The position numbers and the translations under genes were made by a program. DNA of 64,000 nucleotides from positions 130,936 through 194,935 of the forward strand of contig NMRA01000674.1 of assembly GCA_002633005.1 (NCBI GenBank), read 5' to 3'. Below are positions 51,921-64,000 of this stretch, piece after piece; within the stretch, counting starts at the first letter, position 1, and each line of letters starts with the position of its first letter. Under the pieces are notes generated by a model that worked only from the letters and a program-made list of their open reading frames with translations, ran no database searches and was not told where the DNA came from. Source of the DNA: Phoronis australis (lineage: Eukaryota > Animalia > Phoronida).

Positions 51921-52999
51921 CTGAATGTACTAGAATAAAAATTTGCAAAAATTAGCGACGTATCTGACGGACTAATACTGTGCCCTGACCCCCCTAACTC
52001 AAACTCCTGGATCTGTCCCACGAAATATTTCAATGCTTCTTCAATACAATGACTATAAATATTGTGGCATAGCTTTTTAGGTTTATTTGATTTGCACTAA
52101 ACTGTTGCTGTTCCATACAGTAGATCGGTATAGGAAGTTTTTCTTAAGTGTGGGTGAAAAGGTATCTCTTTATACGAAAAAGACATACAAATTGTACACA
52201 GAATAATCACTATCACAGAATTCTAACATTTTCCTGGGAATTTTGCAGTGAGTGGTATAAGCACTACTTCCAGATTTTCCACTTCCTACACATAATATTT
52301 GTGTTTTTATACCATGTCATAGACATCTAAAGCTATTGCATGCTGGAGCTTTTGGGTTGAACTCACTTTGTTGAATCCAATGAGACTGATATATATTTCA
52401 TCGAAGCCAGAGTTATTTGGAGGCGTTACTGCGGCATTTATTCTAACCTTTCTAAAGTTCCCCCCGAAGCACTACCAATTTAGAGAGTTCTACTGATAAG
52501 AAGAGGGCAGAAGATTTAGTCTCGACTCCAGACAATGGCCCAGGTTCAAAACTTAATTTCTTATGTAACAGCCATACTGTTCAATGTGTTCGTTTCAAGC
52601 ACACAAACTGGAATCCAATGAGTCCAATTTCTCTGCTTGCCTACGTAAACCATACGTTTAACAGATGTTGAGATTTATAATGTAGTCCTAGTTAAATTAC
52701 ACTTGTCATGACCATGTTATTATAAGTAATCAGATTGATCTCAAACCACAGAAGTCTATTCATGGAATGCCAACTTCAATTTCATGCCGCTGAAGTTGCG
52801 CTGCGATTGCATTCGTTTGTTACAATGTTTGTTCTTTCTATGGTATTTGTCACTACAACTTTTTGCAACTCATACGAATTATAAGACTAATCCCCGAGTC
52901 GCAAGTTTTAATAATAGATTACATAGGTCATGTGCAGGAGTTGGCATTTCAGGGCTAAGACAACTGTTGACATCTACAAATGAATGAAACTATTAAGAA

Positions 53000-53420
53000 A
53001 CTCCGTGGAACTCAAAGTTCTCCTCTTTTCGTGGCGGAGGGTAGAAAGCTCTGATGCAGGCTACTGCGCATGCTGGAATGACAACACCGACAGTCCGTCC
53101 TAAGTGACCGTGTACCCATCTTTGGAACTGTCTGTAGTCCACGGGTCCCATCCTTTTACCCAAGGGTCCATCACAGCGATCACGGTAATGACTTTTGTAT
53201 TGCAGCCATGAAGTCTCAAAACATCCCGATTGATGTATACAGCTTTAAAACACCCATGCTCCACAACACATTTTTTCGTTCTGTGTAAGCTGTCACGCTT
53301 CATTTTTCCATCAAGTTTTGCAACAACCTTGTCGACCTCTTGACAACATACCCTTTCTTCAACAACTGGGGTTGTCTCACAGTTGCCACAGGTGCAGCTC
53401 CAAGATTTGTCAGCCATACA
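53000..53420 (-). pseudogene. P2X7-ballast-like (KolX) protein remnant, Kolobok-derived
   Basis: WSCTCGNC...ERVCCQEV...CVVEHGCFKAVYINRDVL, then after a break VIPACAVACIRAFYP. Confidence 0.8.
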
Positions 53421-54317
53421 TTACTACAGTAAACATCAAAATTTCGAATTGAAAACTTTACCAAGAGTGTTTCTGCCAAATTTAATTGAGGGTACTGCAT
53501 ACGATCACATATAGTAAAGATATATACTTTCCATACAAATGAGTAGTGCTACACCCAAGGCAGTGGTAGATCATGCCCGGGGGATGTAGTGATGGAAATG
53601 AATTGTTTGTTTCTAAGCTGACCATAAGACACAAGGAAGTTGCCCCGATTCATTGGTGGAGGGGACTGTTTTGTAAGTAGTCGTGAGACCTGCTCTTCCA
53701 ATCTGAACCCTATCGGTACCCATATGTACCAATAAACAAACTAGGCAATGCCAATGGGGCATACCAACTTGAAAAGCAGTGTTGCCACTCAAATATTACA
53801 GTATACAGTTTTTAAACCTTCTCCATAATATGCAATATGGGCAATGACCAATCCAATGGTATACCCTCTATACTCTACAGAAAATTTATCAGGTGGTTTC
53901 ACCCAAGTCGACTCGTACCCAGGCCATGCACCGTATTTTATTCATAAAAGATGGCAAAATAGGATCAGTGTACATCAACATGAAATGGTTGTTTCCATTC
54001 CAAGCATCGCCTTACAAAATAAAACTGTTTTGGAACACATGTGTACATTGATATGGGTCCGAGTTGACTTGCCCTGGAGTGACCTGTTCTATACATGTAA
54101 CCTATAGAATTACCCCCCTCCGCCAGCACCTAGGTGAGAAAGTCGAAATTATAAAATTGCGATTTTTCATCCTCTTGTTAACACTTCACAGTCGATTATT
54201 CCAAAGTGGCTCTCAATCATTCCCATGCATACATATATTCACTCACTAGTAACACCGAGCTCAGTCTCAGAGAAGTAGGAGACACTTTTGTGCAAAGCTC
54301 AATTGTCTGCCAGTGAA

Positions 54318-54368
54318 AGCCAGGATTCGAACATGAGTCTCACGAGCTCAAACCACTGAGCCACGCTG
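54318..54368 (-). mobile_element. tRNA-derived SINE head
   Basis: Minus strand AGCGTGGCTCAGTGG (A box) ... GTTCGAATCC (B box). Confidence 0.55.
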
Positions 54369-54699
54369 TCAACAAATAATCAGAGACCAATCACTTTTTG
54401 AGTGATTTGCTAAAATGCAAAATAATTACTCAGTTTTTATCACTGAAAGTGGTATTAAACCACGGCTGAAAGACGTTTCACCAGTGGGGACGTGGGCGCC
54501 TAGGACTGACTGGTAAAGCACCTACATGTACTTTTGAATTAAAAAAGACCAAGTAATAATTCGCGGTTGTAGAATACATATTGATAATATTCTTACCAGT
54601 CACTAACATCCAATCGCAACTCCTGCGCACCTTCTGCCCGTGGAGGTTCACTCGACGAACAGGCTGAGGCTGAGTGACGACCGGAGAAAAAATTTATAC

Positions 54700-55440
54700 C
54701 ATATTATTGTTCAGATTGGTTAGGACCTTGCTATTTCCTCTTTAAAGAAAATCCACAGCTAGAAGCCTTCTGCTCTGAGGCTATAGAATCAGCAATAGCA
54801 GTGTTTTCAGAGAAAAAAAAGACCAGAAAGGTAAAGCGTGCAAAGCAAGCTCACCACAGCTTCCTTGAATTATTGACAGTTGCTGAGATACTAGAAACAT
54901 TCAGAGAATGGGAAGCCCACCGATCAGCTAATTTCATGCTTAAGTCCATCAAGAACTACATTTATCAACATTTATTCGAAACGTTTCTGCTATCTGTGAA
55001 AGACTTGACTCTGCATCTCCAAAATGTTTGTGGAATGAGCAAGATCTTTTTAAATGCAAGACCTAAGAGGCTACACCTTGACTGAATTTGAAACGCGCAA
55101 CTTATCAGTAACCGAAAATGAAAAAGCAAGTATCCAGAGCACAATTGTGAACACCTCAACAGGATGGTGATGGTCCGTTCTGAACAGACCCGTATTTTCA
55201 ACGATGCCCATGCCAGACAAAGACTCTTCTTTAAAACTCCAAAACTGTCCTATCTGCCCATAGATTTCAAGAGTCAGTTCAGCATTGAAACAGGTTTCAA
55301 TCAAGAGCACCCTTGCCTATCGGATCAAGAGCGATAGGGATACAATAGACAAGACTAAAAGTACCATACTCAACCATGGCAGTCCAGTTACAGTTTGGGG
55401 TGACCAGTTGCATGGCATGACGGTATGGTCAAACATCCTC
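54700..55440 (+). pseudogene. Academ-like transposase central remnant
   Basis: KVKRAKQAH...FREWE...DLTLHLQNVCGMSKIF resembles the RA..AH and W.LHL motifs of this group; frameshifted. Confidence 0.5.
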
Positions 55441-55443
55441 TTG

Positions 55444-55691
55444 CATGCGCGCACCCAGCCTTTAATATGGGGGGCTCTATTCTCTGGCAAAGGGGACCTT
55501 TTGCTAACAAAAAACCGGGAGGACTACAAAAACGGGGTACCACCTTCAGTTCAGTGAACTGTGCGTCTATGCGTTTTTAGTGGACTTGTGTCTCGCTTTC
55601 TCGGACTTTTTTTCTGAGGCGGACCTTTTTACCCACTTCACCAATTTGGGGGGCTCGTTCGAGCCCCCCGAGCCCCCTGGGTGCGCGCATA
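55444..55691. mobile_element. MITE, same family as 16617-16862
   Basis: TIR CATGCGCGCACCCAG / CTGGGTGCGCGCAT; interior colinear with the other copy. Confidence 0.8.
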
Positions 55692-58600
55692 GCATGCCAC
55701 TATGACGAAGGTTCAATACTCCCAATGCCCATTACTCCGAAGGTTCGTTATCTTCTAAAATTCACTATTTTGAATTTCCACTATTCCAAAACCAGGGCCC
55801 GATCTCTGATCTTTGGACTCGAAACGAACTGGAAATTATTTTTGGCAATTTCTCTGTGCCAAATAATTATAGTTCATGAATATAAGTTTCTAGTACATGA
55901 GTACATGTTTGCACTAAAAAAACCTTATATGTGTCCTACAAACTCGAGTAAAAACTCGGAATTTAAAGTTCAAGCACAAACTTTAGATTTAATGTTGAAT
56001 TTGTCAACTGCAAATTAAGACTAATCAATCACCCTCGTAAGTCATTATGCACTCGAGCATAGAGTAATAGACGCTTATCCCGAGTTCGCACAAAAGTAGA
56101 TTTAAAAATGGCAAACATTATTTCGTGTTCCATTTAGAGTAAATAGATTCTAGACTGTTCTCTACTCTGATTGTGTGATCATGACTCATTCTCAATAGAG
56201 ACAACATCTTGGGCACAGCTGTTGCGACCAACTGCGGTTTCAAATTTAAGAAAACTAAATGGGAATCCCTGACTTTGTGAGGCCTTGCAGGGACAGGATG
56301 GCTTAGTAACTTCATTTAGTTTCGACCCAGCCGTGTGCGTCGCGCTGCGATTCAATCTTGACATGGATTTGAAGAATTGTGTCATGGTTGATAATTCTTC
56401 ATATCATTTTAAAATGCAAGTGCGTACTCATTTTAAGACATGCGGGCAATTTAGCATGCACATGAAGTCTGACTACAGTTTCTAGTTGTGCTGGCCAGCT
56501 GGAGACGGTGGTCACAGTCTACATAAAATCCAGACAAAGTGCAATAGTGCCCGGGCGTTGTTTTCGGTATAGATGCATCTAATAGCCGAAATATCGTTTA
56601 TTTTAGCATGTAAAAGCTTAAAAATCTCATCTGACTTTGAAAGTTTAGATATTTTTGGAGCGGTGAATCTTCGGAGTGATGAATCGTCGATGTAATGAAC
56701 CTTTAGAATAGCTAACTTTACGAGTAGTAAACTTTCGAAATAGTGGATTGTCGCCATTTCCAGTGATGTAAGCAACTTAAGGAACACGCTAAAATACAAC
56801 CAGATAAAGGTGTTTTATTTGTTTCACAATCTCTCTTGATAAGTTAAAAAAACTTGCTGTCATTAAAAAAGTTCAATTTACCAGCACTCCTGGACTTCTT
56901 ATGGACCTGGATAAGGGTCCCCAGAAACCACCAGAGGTGGCTGGAATGTCATGTGACTGATGCGAGACGGCCGTCCCTGTGCCTTCCCACCGTTTTGCTT
57001 AAAGTCCTTATTTTAAAATGCCAATGTGGCTCCAGTATCAGAAAACACTTAATAAATAAAATCTTACTTTCGATACCCTTTCGTTATATTCTTTTCGCCT
57101 TTCGTGCTACAAGTGTTTTTACCTGTATTTGACCCTTCACTGTCAGAAGATACATGTAATTACCGGCTGTCATCGGTTATTTCCGTATCCACATTTGCGG
57201 CTCGTCAGTTCAGGAACTTGTCCTGAACGCCGCCATTTTTTCCTTCAAACTGAATGTGCTATCGCTTGCTCGAAAAGTTTTCATTATTTTGTTTTATTAG
57301 TAATATCTCGTGATTCGTTGGTGTATATAGCGTACTTATAGTTCACAGTTGGTGGTCGTTAATTTTTTTTTGGATTGTAACGCGTACTTTTGTTTATTAT
57401 GTTAAAATAGCGTTGGTGTTTAATTCCTGTTATGTAGAGCGGTCGAACCAATTTTATTTCGTTTTGAATTTTTTCCTTGGTTTTGAAAAAGTACTTTGCC
57501 ATCAACGGATACATAATGCGTCCCACTCAGTAAAAATCAAAAAAGTGTCAAAATCGGGGCAAGCAGTGCAAATTTTTTGCAATTTTGTGGCGAAATTTGG
57601 GTCAATTTGTTTGTATCGGGTTAGCCATCTTGGACGACAGCGGGATAAGTTACGAGTTTAAAACTTTGTGCAAATTGTTTTCACCTACAATTTTAAAACG
57701 GTGAAATTTAGTGAGATACCTCTTTATTTACTATTCTGCGCGATTTAACAGTTTTCACCCCATTTCAGCCTCGCAGTTGTTACGTATCAAGTGATAAATG
57801 TGCTCACAATTCCCGTTGGACTTCCTCTCATTTCTGCCGGCACCGGCCGGTGACTTTTGCTGAACTGAAAGGCATGTTCAACCGGATACTTTGTAATTTG
57901 TGAAGATTTAACGTTGATACGTTTTGTCAAACTTTGCTATAAGAAAGGAACTTTGTTCAATTTCCGTGTTTTTGTGCAAAAAATGTAAGGTTTATTCGAA
58001 ATATTTTACTGTGAATTTCACATTGAGGTGATCTTATACTAAGCTAAATAAATAGTTGAAATAATTTTGAAGTGTTTTTTGACTGTGAACTGCTGTTCAA
58101 AGCTTGATTAGTTGTCACAAAATGATTCATATTTTTCTAAATTTTAAGTCTAAATCACTTTGAAGTCATTTTGTAACTTGTTGCTTTGAATTCTTAATTC
58201 AGGTTATCAAGTCAACAATATGAAGATTCTATGTTGGATTGTGAAGTTTCAAGCCTCCAGTTCAATGATTGAGTGACCAAAGCATGATATAATTAGCTTG
58301 CCATAAATAATATGTTCACTAGCATCTTCAGGCAACATTTCTTGATACCTTGAGTTTACTATTATTTCATTAGATTAATACATAAATACATGTATAAAAA
58401 CATCATACGTCAGTTCAAAACCAAGTTCACTGGAAGTTCTTCATTTCATGGGTTCTTGCAATTTTGTCATTGACACTGCCACTTCCACTCAAATTACAAT
58501 TATTGATGTGGTTTAGTTGTAAGGTCATTTCCTTCGTACTCACTGCTTAATAAATATATAGAATTTTGTACTGAACGTGTCATACTTATGTGCTCGAATG

Positions 58601-59399
58601 AACCCCCTGTTTGGAGAAATGGAAAAGGGTCTGCCTTAGTCAGAGAAGCAAGAACTCCGAAAAAAGTAGAACACAAGACAAAAGTCCACTAGAAGGCAGG
58701 AAGAACCAAAATTTGGCGTCTGCATTTTGTACCTCTGAACATACAAAATTAATGTTATAGTAAAAGATACACATTCTCAAAAATTCAAGCCCACCATTTT
58801 TAGGCTTGTTGCGCTCATGCAAAGTCTGAACAACACTCACTTGAAAGCCAACATCTTTGCTCAGTTCGCCAGATGACCCCAAGTTCTAAAAAACCTTCGT
58901 TTGCGCGAGCGTTGTTGCCAGGGACGATGTAGGCCTCAGGTTAGCTTTGGCGCAAAGCTGTATACTAAAAGGCTGTATTTTGACGACAGTCTTCATATTG
59001 CTAGCTGGCACTGGGGCTAGCTAAACTAAGGGTTGCCGCGGCAGTGAGACACAGGACTAACCAGCCAGTCCTTTAATTCAAGGGTTTGAAATTACCTGTC
59101 TATGCATATGGCATAAATGATTTGAACCTTTTACTTCGATAAAACAGCTTGCAACTGCATGCCTTTACCGTTCGCCAGTGTCTGGTCTCGGTCCGCACGG
59201 GGTACGATCGGCTGCGGGCCCAGAGTCCGGCAAAAAGATGTCTGTCAAAATTTATTCGCCACATTTCGTCAGCAATTTCGATACAATTATATTATGATTT
59301 CATTAACGTTATGGCGCTCTGTCGTTCATATTATCCGCGTTTGCAGGCTGGTAACAGACATTGCTCCAGTCGCACAGACGGGGTATACTAAGCCTGGTT

Positions 59400-61535
59400 T
59401 CCTGAATGAACTGTGAAGTGTTAACAATTATTAACATTGGAAGTGACCACAGAATGGTTAGAGCAAAAATAAGAATCAACAAAAGCCTACTAAGGCTTAA
59501 ACGAATGGAAAGACTGAGATCATTCAAGGCAAACACAGAACACATGGAATAATGCAAAGAATACTTTCAACTGACACTAAAAAGAGATTTCAAGCCTTAG
59601 AAGAAGACACTAAATCAATCGAAACTTTTAACAAAGTCCTAACAGAAGAAATCAAGATCCTGCATGAGAAAAAAGGAAAGACAGGCACAAGTCCATCACC
59701 AGAAGACACTAAAGCTCAACAGATGGACACAAAAAGAAAAGAACTGTACAAGAAAGACAAAAAGACAGAAAGAGAAAGAATAGAATACAGTGAACTTAAC
59801 AAAACAATGAAAACATTTAAGAGAAATAGAGCCCGACGATAAAGAATAAAGATGATAATGGCCACAATTGAAAAAGGAAAAGGACCAAAAAAATCTACAA
59901 GCAAGGAAATAAAAAGAAGATATCAAAAATGCGAAACCCTAACGGAGAAATAACAAACAACAGAGAAGAAATACTCAAAATTTTATATGAGAAAACGATG
60001 AATCCACCAGAAAAGATGGGAACCAGGAATCTAGACACAGAACAAGTACCACCTTTCACTGAGGAGGAAGTAGAACATACCCTCAGAAGGATGAAGAAAA
60101 GAATAGCACCAGGAAATGATAATATTACAAGCGATATAATTTCGGCAGGAGGACAAGAAATAATCAAATACTTGGCAAAAGCATTCAATGTAATTCTAAG
60201 CACCCAAAACATCCCAAAATGCTGGAAAGAAGCAAATATAATATTATTGTTTAAAAAGGAGACCGAAGTGACATAAAGAACTATAGACCCATAAGCTTAT
60301 TAGCTCATACATACAAACTGTTCACAAGGCTATTACAAAATAGAATGGAGAAACAACTGGATGAAAATAAACCCCGAGAACAAGCAGGGTTTAGAAAGAG
60401 CTACTCAGCAACAGACCATCTACAAGCCCTTGGACAAACAATTGAAAAATGTAACAAATTTAACCTGCCACTGTGTGTTGGTTTCATAGACTATGAAAAG
60501 GCTTTTGATTCAGTTGGACACTTTGCGATCACTGAAGCCCTAAAAAACATCAACAAAAATGAAACATTTGTAAAACTGCTGCAATATATATGCAGATGCC
60601 ACCGCCAGAATACACATCGACAACCACGTCTCTGAAAGATTCAACATAGAGAGAGGAGTTAGAGAGGGAGACCCAAATTCACCTAAACTGTTTACACTGA
60701 CAATGGAAGAAACCTTCAAATCTTCAGGCTTTCAAAGGGGAGTAAACATAGACGGAGAACATCTAACACACCTAAGATTTGCAGATGATGCTGCTTTGTG
60801 CACAGAAGACATAATACCATTATAAACAAATTTAAATATACTGAATGAAGAAAGCAACAATGTGGGATTAAAGATACACAAGAACAAGACAAAGTACGTG
60901 ACAAATTTTGAAACCAATGAACAAGTAATGGTGGAGAGCAAGATAAATACCTGGGACAAACTATACAAATTGGAAACCTCATGAACAATGAAATACAAAT
61001 CCGAATAAGAGCTGGATGGGGTTGCTTTGGAAAAAACAGAGAAATATTCCAAGATAAGAATATACCCATATGCCTGAAAAGAAAAATATTTGACCAGTGC
61101 ATCATCCCCACAATCACCTATGGATGCCAAACATGGACCTTAACAAAACAGACAATTACCAAGCTAAGAGCAACACAGAGAGCAATTGAGAGAAAAATTC
61201 TTGGAATAAAGCTACTAGACAGGGATCCACACACAGAGATAAGGAAACAAACAGGAGTTATGGACATAATCAAGACAATTCTGAAATTGAAATGGAGGTG
61301 CGGCGAACACGTCGCCAGAGCACAGGACAACAGATGGACAAAAAGATGCACAGCGTGGAAACCCAGATATGGAAAGAGATCAAGAGGATGGCCCCAAGCC
61401 AGATGGAGAGATGACATCGTGAAGACGAGAGGCACAACGAGGATGAGAGCGGCAAGAGACAAAACAAATTGGAAGGCATTGCCGGAGGGCTACATCCTGT
61501 AGTAGATGGACAATGCCTAGTGTCAGTAAGTAAGT
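59400..61535 (+). mobile_element. RTE-clade LINE, 5'-truncated and frameshifted
   Basis: SDHRMV (APE end), APGNDNI, EQAGFRK, IDYEKAFDSV, RGVREGD, HLRFADD, RIRAGW...TYGCQTW; short AGTA-repeat tail at ~61525. Confidence 0.92.
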
Positions 61536-62042
61536 GAGAGTCAGACTTCACCGGAAGAGGGGCAAAACCCGCCATATTGCTCTTGTTTGTCCCGAGTCTT
61601 TGCTACATACGCTATATCTTACTGGAGATAACATGGTGAATTTTACGCTTAAAACGTTAACACAACTTATGATATGGTAGATGGATCGTGGAATAATTGT
61701 GGATGGACGAAGAAAATGTGAACTTGTTATGTTGTACGAAGCTGTGAACGGACTTAAATTGGAACTCAACTCGGTCAAGACCTGAATTACGCAGGCATAC
61801 AGGGGCAATAGTATATCCCCATAAAAAGTTGCTCACTTCAAAATACAGCAAATTAAATCAAATGACACATGCATGTGTGTCCATGGAGTTATAATTATCA
61901 CATACTCTGACTCTGGATACAATTTAGTCTACAAATAACTTGTACATAATCATGAAGACCTCGAGGTTTGATCGCTCGAGTTTCTCTCACCGAGCGCCAT
62001 TTTGAGGATGTTAAGTGAAATCACGCCTGTTGACGAATAAAA

Positions 62043-62845
62043 AGTCCAAGGGACACAAATCTTACAAATTTCACTTGATATTTTTTTCTCATGCTATTTT
62101 GCAAGTGTCACGCGTCAAGTCTCGCGCTGAGCTCAGTCTCGCGCTAGCCTTTTCCTCATACTCACCTGACTCAATTGAAATACTTTGTGGTTATCGCGCG
62201 CGCGTCAAAGTTAACAGTAACCACAAAGTGGAATTGGAATTCTTCGCCAAAGTCACTTGAATTCCAAGAGCTATGCTTCATCGAAGATTTGGTTAGAAAC
62301 AGAAAGGATCACTGAAGAAAGTAAGCCTCTTTTAGGTGATAATTTTAGGTGTAGAATGTATTTTTGACGAGGTGAAAACATAATCGGATTTCGCCAACCG
62401 CCAGTTTAAATACACGGGACGAAATTAATGCAGGACGCGATGGAGCATATTATTTTGCAAATATGAATTTCATTTGCAATAACAGCAATGCTTGTTTTGC
62501 ATTTTTTGAACTAAACGGCCAAAAACTCGAAGAAAATGACACAATACAATCTGCTACCGTATTGTGCAAATGGCCAAACAACAAGCTTTTTCCCCATTTC
62601 CCGTGACCTCATAGTTAAGTCTCACATAATCTCGAGTTATTGTTATAAACTCGCAAAAGGACTACTGTACTTGTGGGTTGGCGGTAAGTTCAAAATGGCT
62701 CTGTGTTCATCGAGTTCAAATTGTGAGTAACGCGTTTATTTAAACTTTATTCAATTACGAATTTTGTATTAGTTGTGGGGTAGGTACTTCTTGGATCCTG
62801 ATGACATCTTCTAACCATGGGTTAACAACGTGTGCTTCTTGGACT
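62043..62845. mobile_element. Kolobok-like MITE
   Basis: Left AGTCCAAGGGACACA, right CGTGTGCTTCTTGGACT|TTAA; the right ~115 bp match 17800-17925 inverted. Confidence 0.5.
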
Positions 62846-64000
62846 TTAAGGCACGGCGGAAGTTTGAAGGGTTTGGTCACGGCTAATTACCGACAGAGCG
62901 GCGAGGGTAGTGGTCTACAAATTCCACGCACAATGATTTTTTCAGGTCTGTCAGATATTAATGATAAATTGAAGACGTTTCTGTATAATTTTAGGACTGT
63001 AGGTAAGGCATTTTTTCGCACGTACACGTTTATTTTTAAAAAGTCTGAAAACGCGTGGGGGGTGCTTATAGCGACATGGGCGGTTATTAGGGCGAATACG
63101 GTCCACAACCTAGAGTTGGCGCGATATGGATTTTAATATTTTCATAGGTTACATTGAAGAAACATAAAAGTGAAAATATTTTGAAATTTATCTTAGTTGA
63201 GCGTGAAATTTGAAGAAACAATTTAATATAGAGTAATTAGCGACTGGTTCAGTACGAAAAAGTTTAAAGCTGCAATTCGAACGTTTAGCTGTTAATATTG
63301 AATTCTTCATCGGAACGCGAGTTAAAAAACATTACCACACTCATTCGTTCTAGAATTAGTGTCGAATAAGTCGGCAACTCAAGCTACAGGCATTTTGGTT
63401 ATGCGCATTTTTGATACGCAGTTTTAGGATCGGCCAATCCTAGTAAACTCTGAAGTATTTTCTTCTCTTTCTGATGGTTTCGATATTCTTGTTACCAATG
63501 GTAATAGAATCTTATCATGATAAGCAATACTAAGAGAGGAAAAGGCCTAATTTAATTTTCGCTTTTTAGCCTGCTAAGCGTTGAAATACATCTTTAACAT
63601 TAGAATTTCTACGTAAGTTCCTCACATCATATGAAGTCTACGCTACACTAGTTTCATTTCCATTGGGTTCAATTGTTATCTACCGTCTAGTTTTTTACTT
63701 TCATCGATGCAAAGCTACTCTTTGTAACCTTATTTTTCGTTTTATGTCGACTATCTGTTTCTACTAACCCCTTTATTGTTCAACTTGCTATTCATGATTC
63801 TGATGTGTTCTTTAAATCGAAGATTCATATATTTTGCCATAGATCTAAGTACAACCTGTTACATCATATTTTAGTATGTTTCCTTATATGGACTAATGTA
63901 TTTATATATGGCATGTCTGGCTAACACTAGTGGTTACATAACATCAGTGAATGCTTTTCTTTCAGTAAAAAATACAACTCAGTCTTCCAGCAAGCCTATA

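Noticed and set aside
590-63101. TACCGTATTTGCCCTAA (590) and inverted TTAGGGCGAATACGG (~63100) as ends of one giant Tc1/mariner-like element
   Set aside because: Only ~17 bp match, there is no TA at the right end, and they are 62 kb apart. Independent ends of a common MITE family are more likely.

Overview
Eukaryotic (animal, probably marine invertebrate) genomic DNA, AT-rich, with one 55-N scaffold gap (42639-42693). Most of the window is decayed transposons: Ngaro- and DIRS-type tyrosine-recombinase retroelements, L1/Tx1, CR1-group, RTE and Penelope retroelements, piggyBac, Kolobok, Academ-like and Sola3-like DNA transposons, Helitron/Helentron pieces, MITEs and tRNA-derived SINE heads. Most ORFs in the supplied track are spurious. 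The main result is missing from that track: a small spliced + strand gene for a secreted 6-cysteine peptide. It has a CCAAT/TATA-like promoter and non-coding exon (~34.15-34.34 kb), a signal/pro-peptide exon (CDS 38739-38820, MRCVVILIVLMLAVGCLQAWPVDGEDE) and two versions of the mature-peptide exon (41343-41449 and 43838-43944). Both have a CS-alpha/beta-like C-x3-C-x3-C-x8-C-x4-C-x-C frame. They differ at 16 of 33 residues with no change in any conserved codon, while the upstream intron differs by only ~2%. This is the pattern of a hypervariable defensin- or toxin-like peptide. Whether the two copies are alleles, paralogues or alternative exons cannot be decided from this window. All counts were made by hand and family names come from motif recognition, not database searches.
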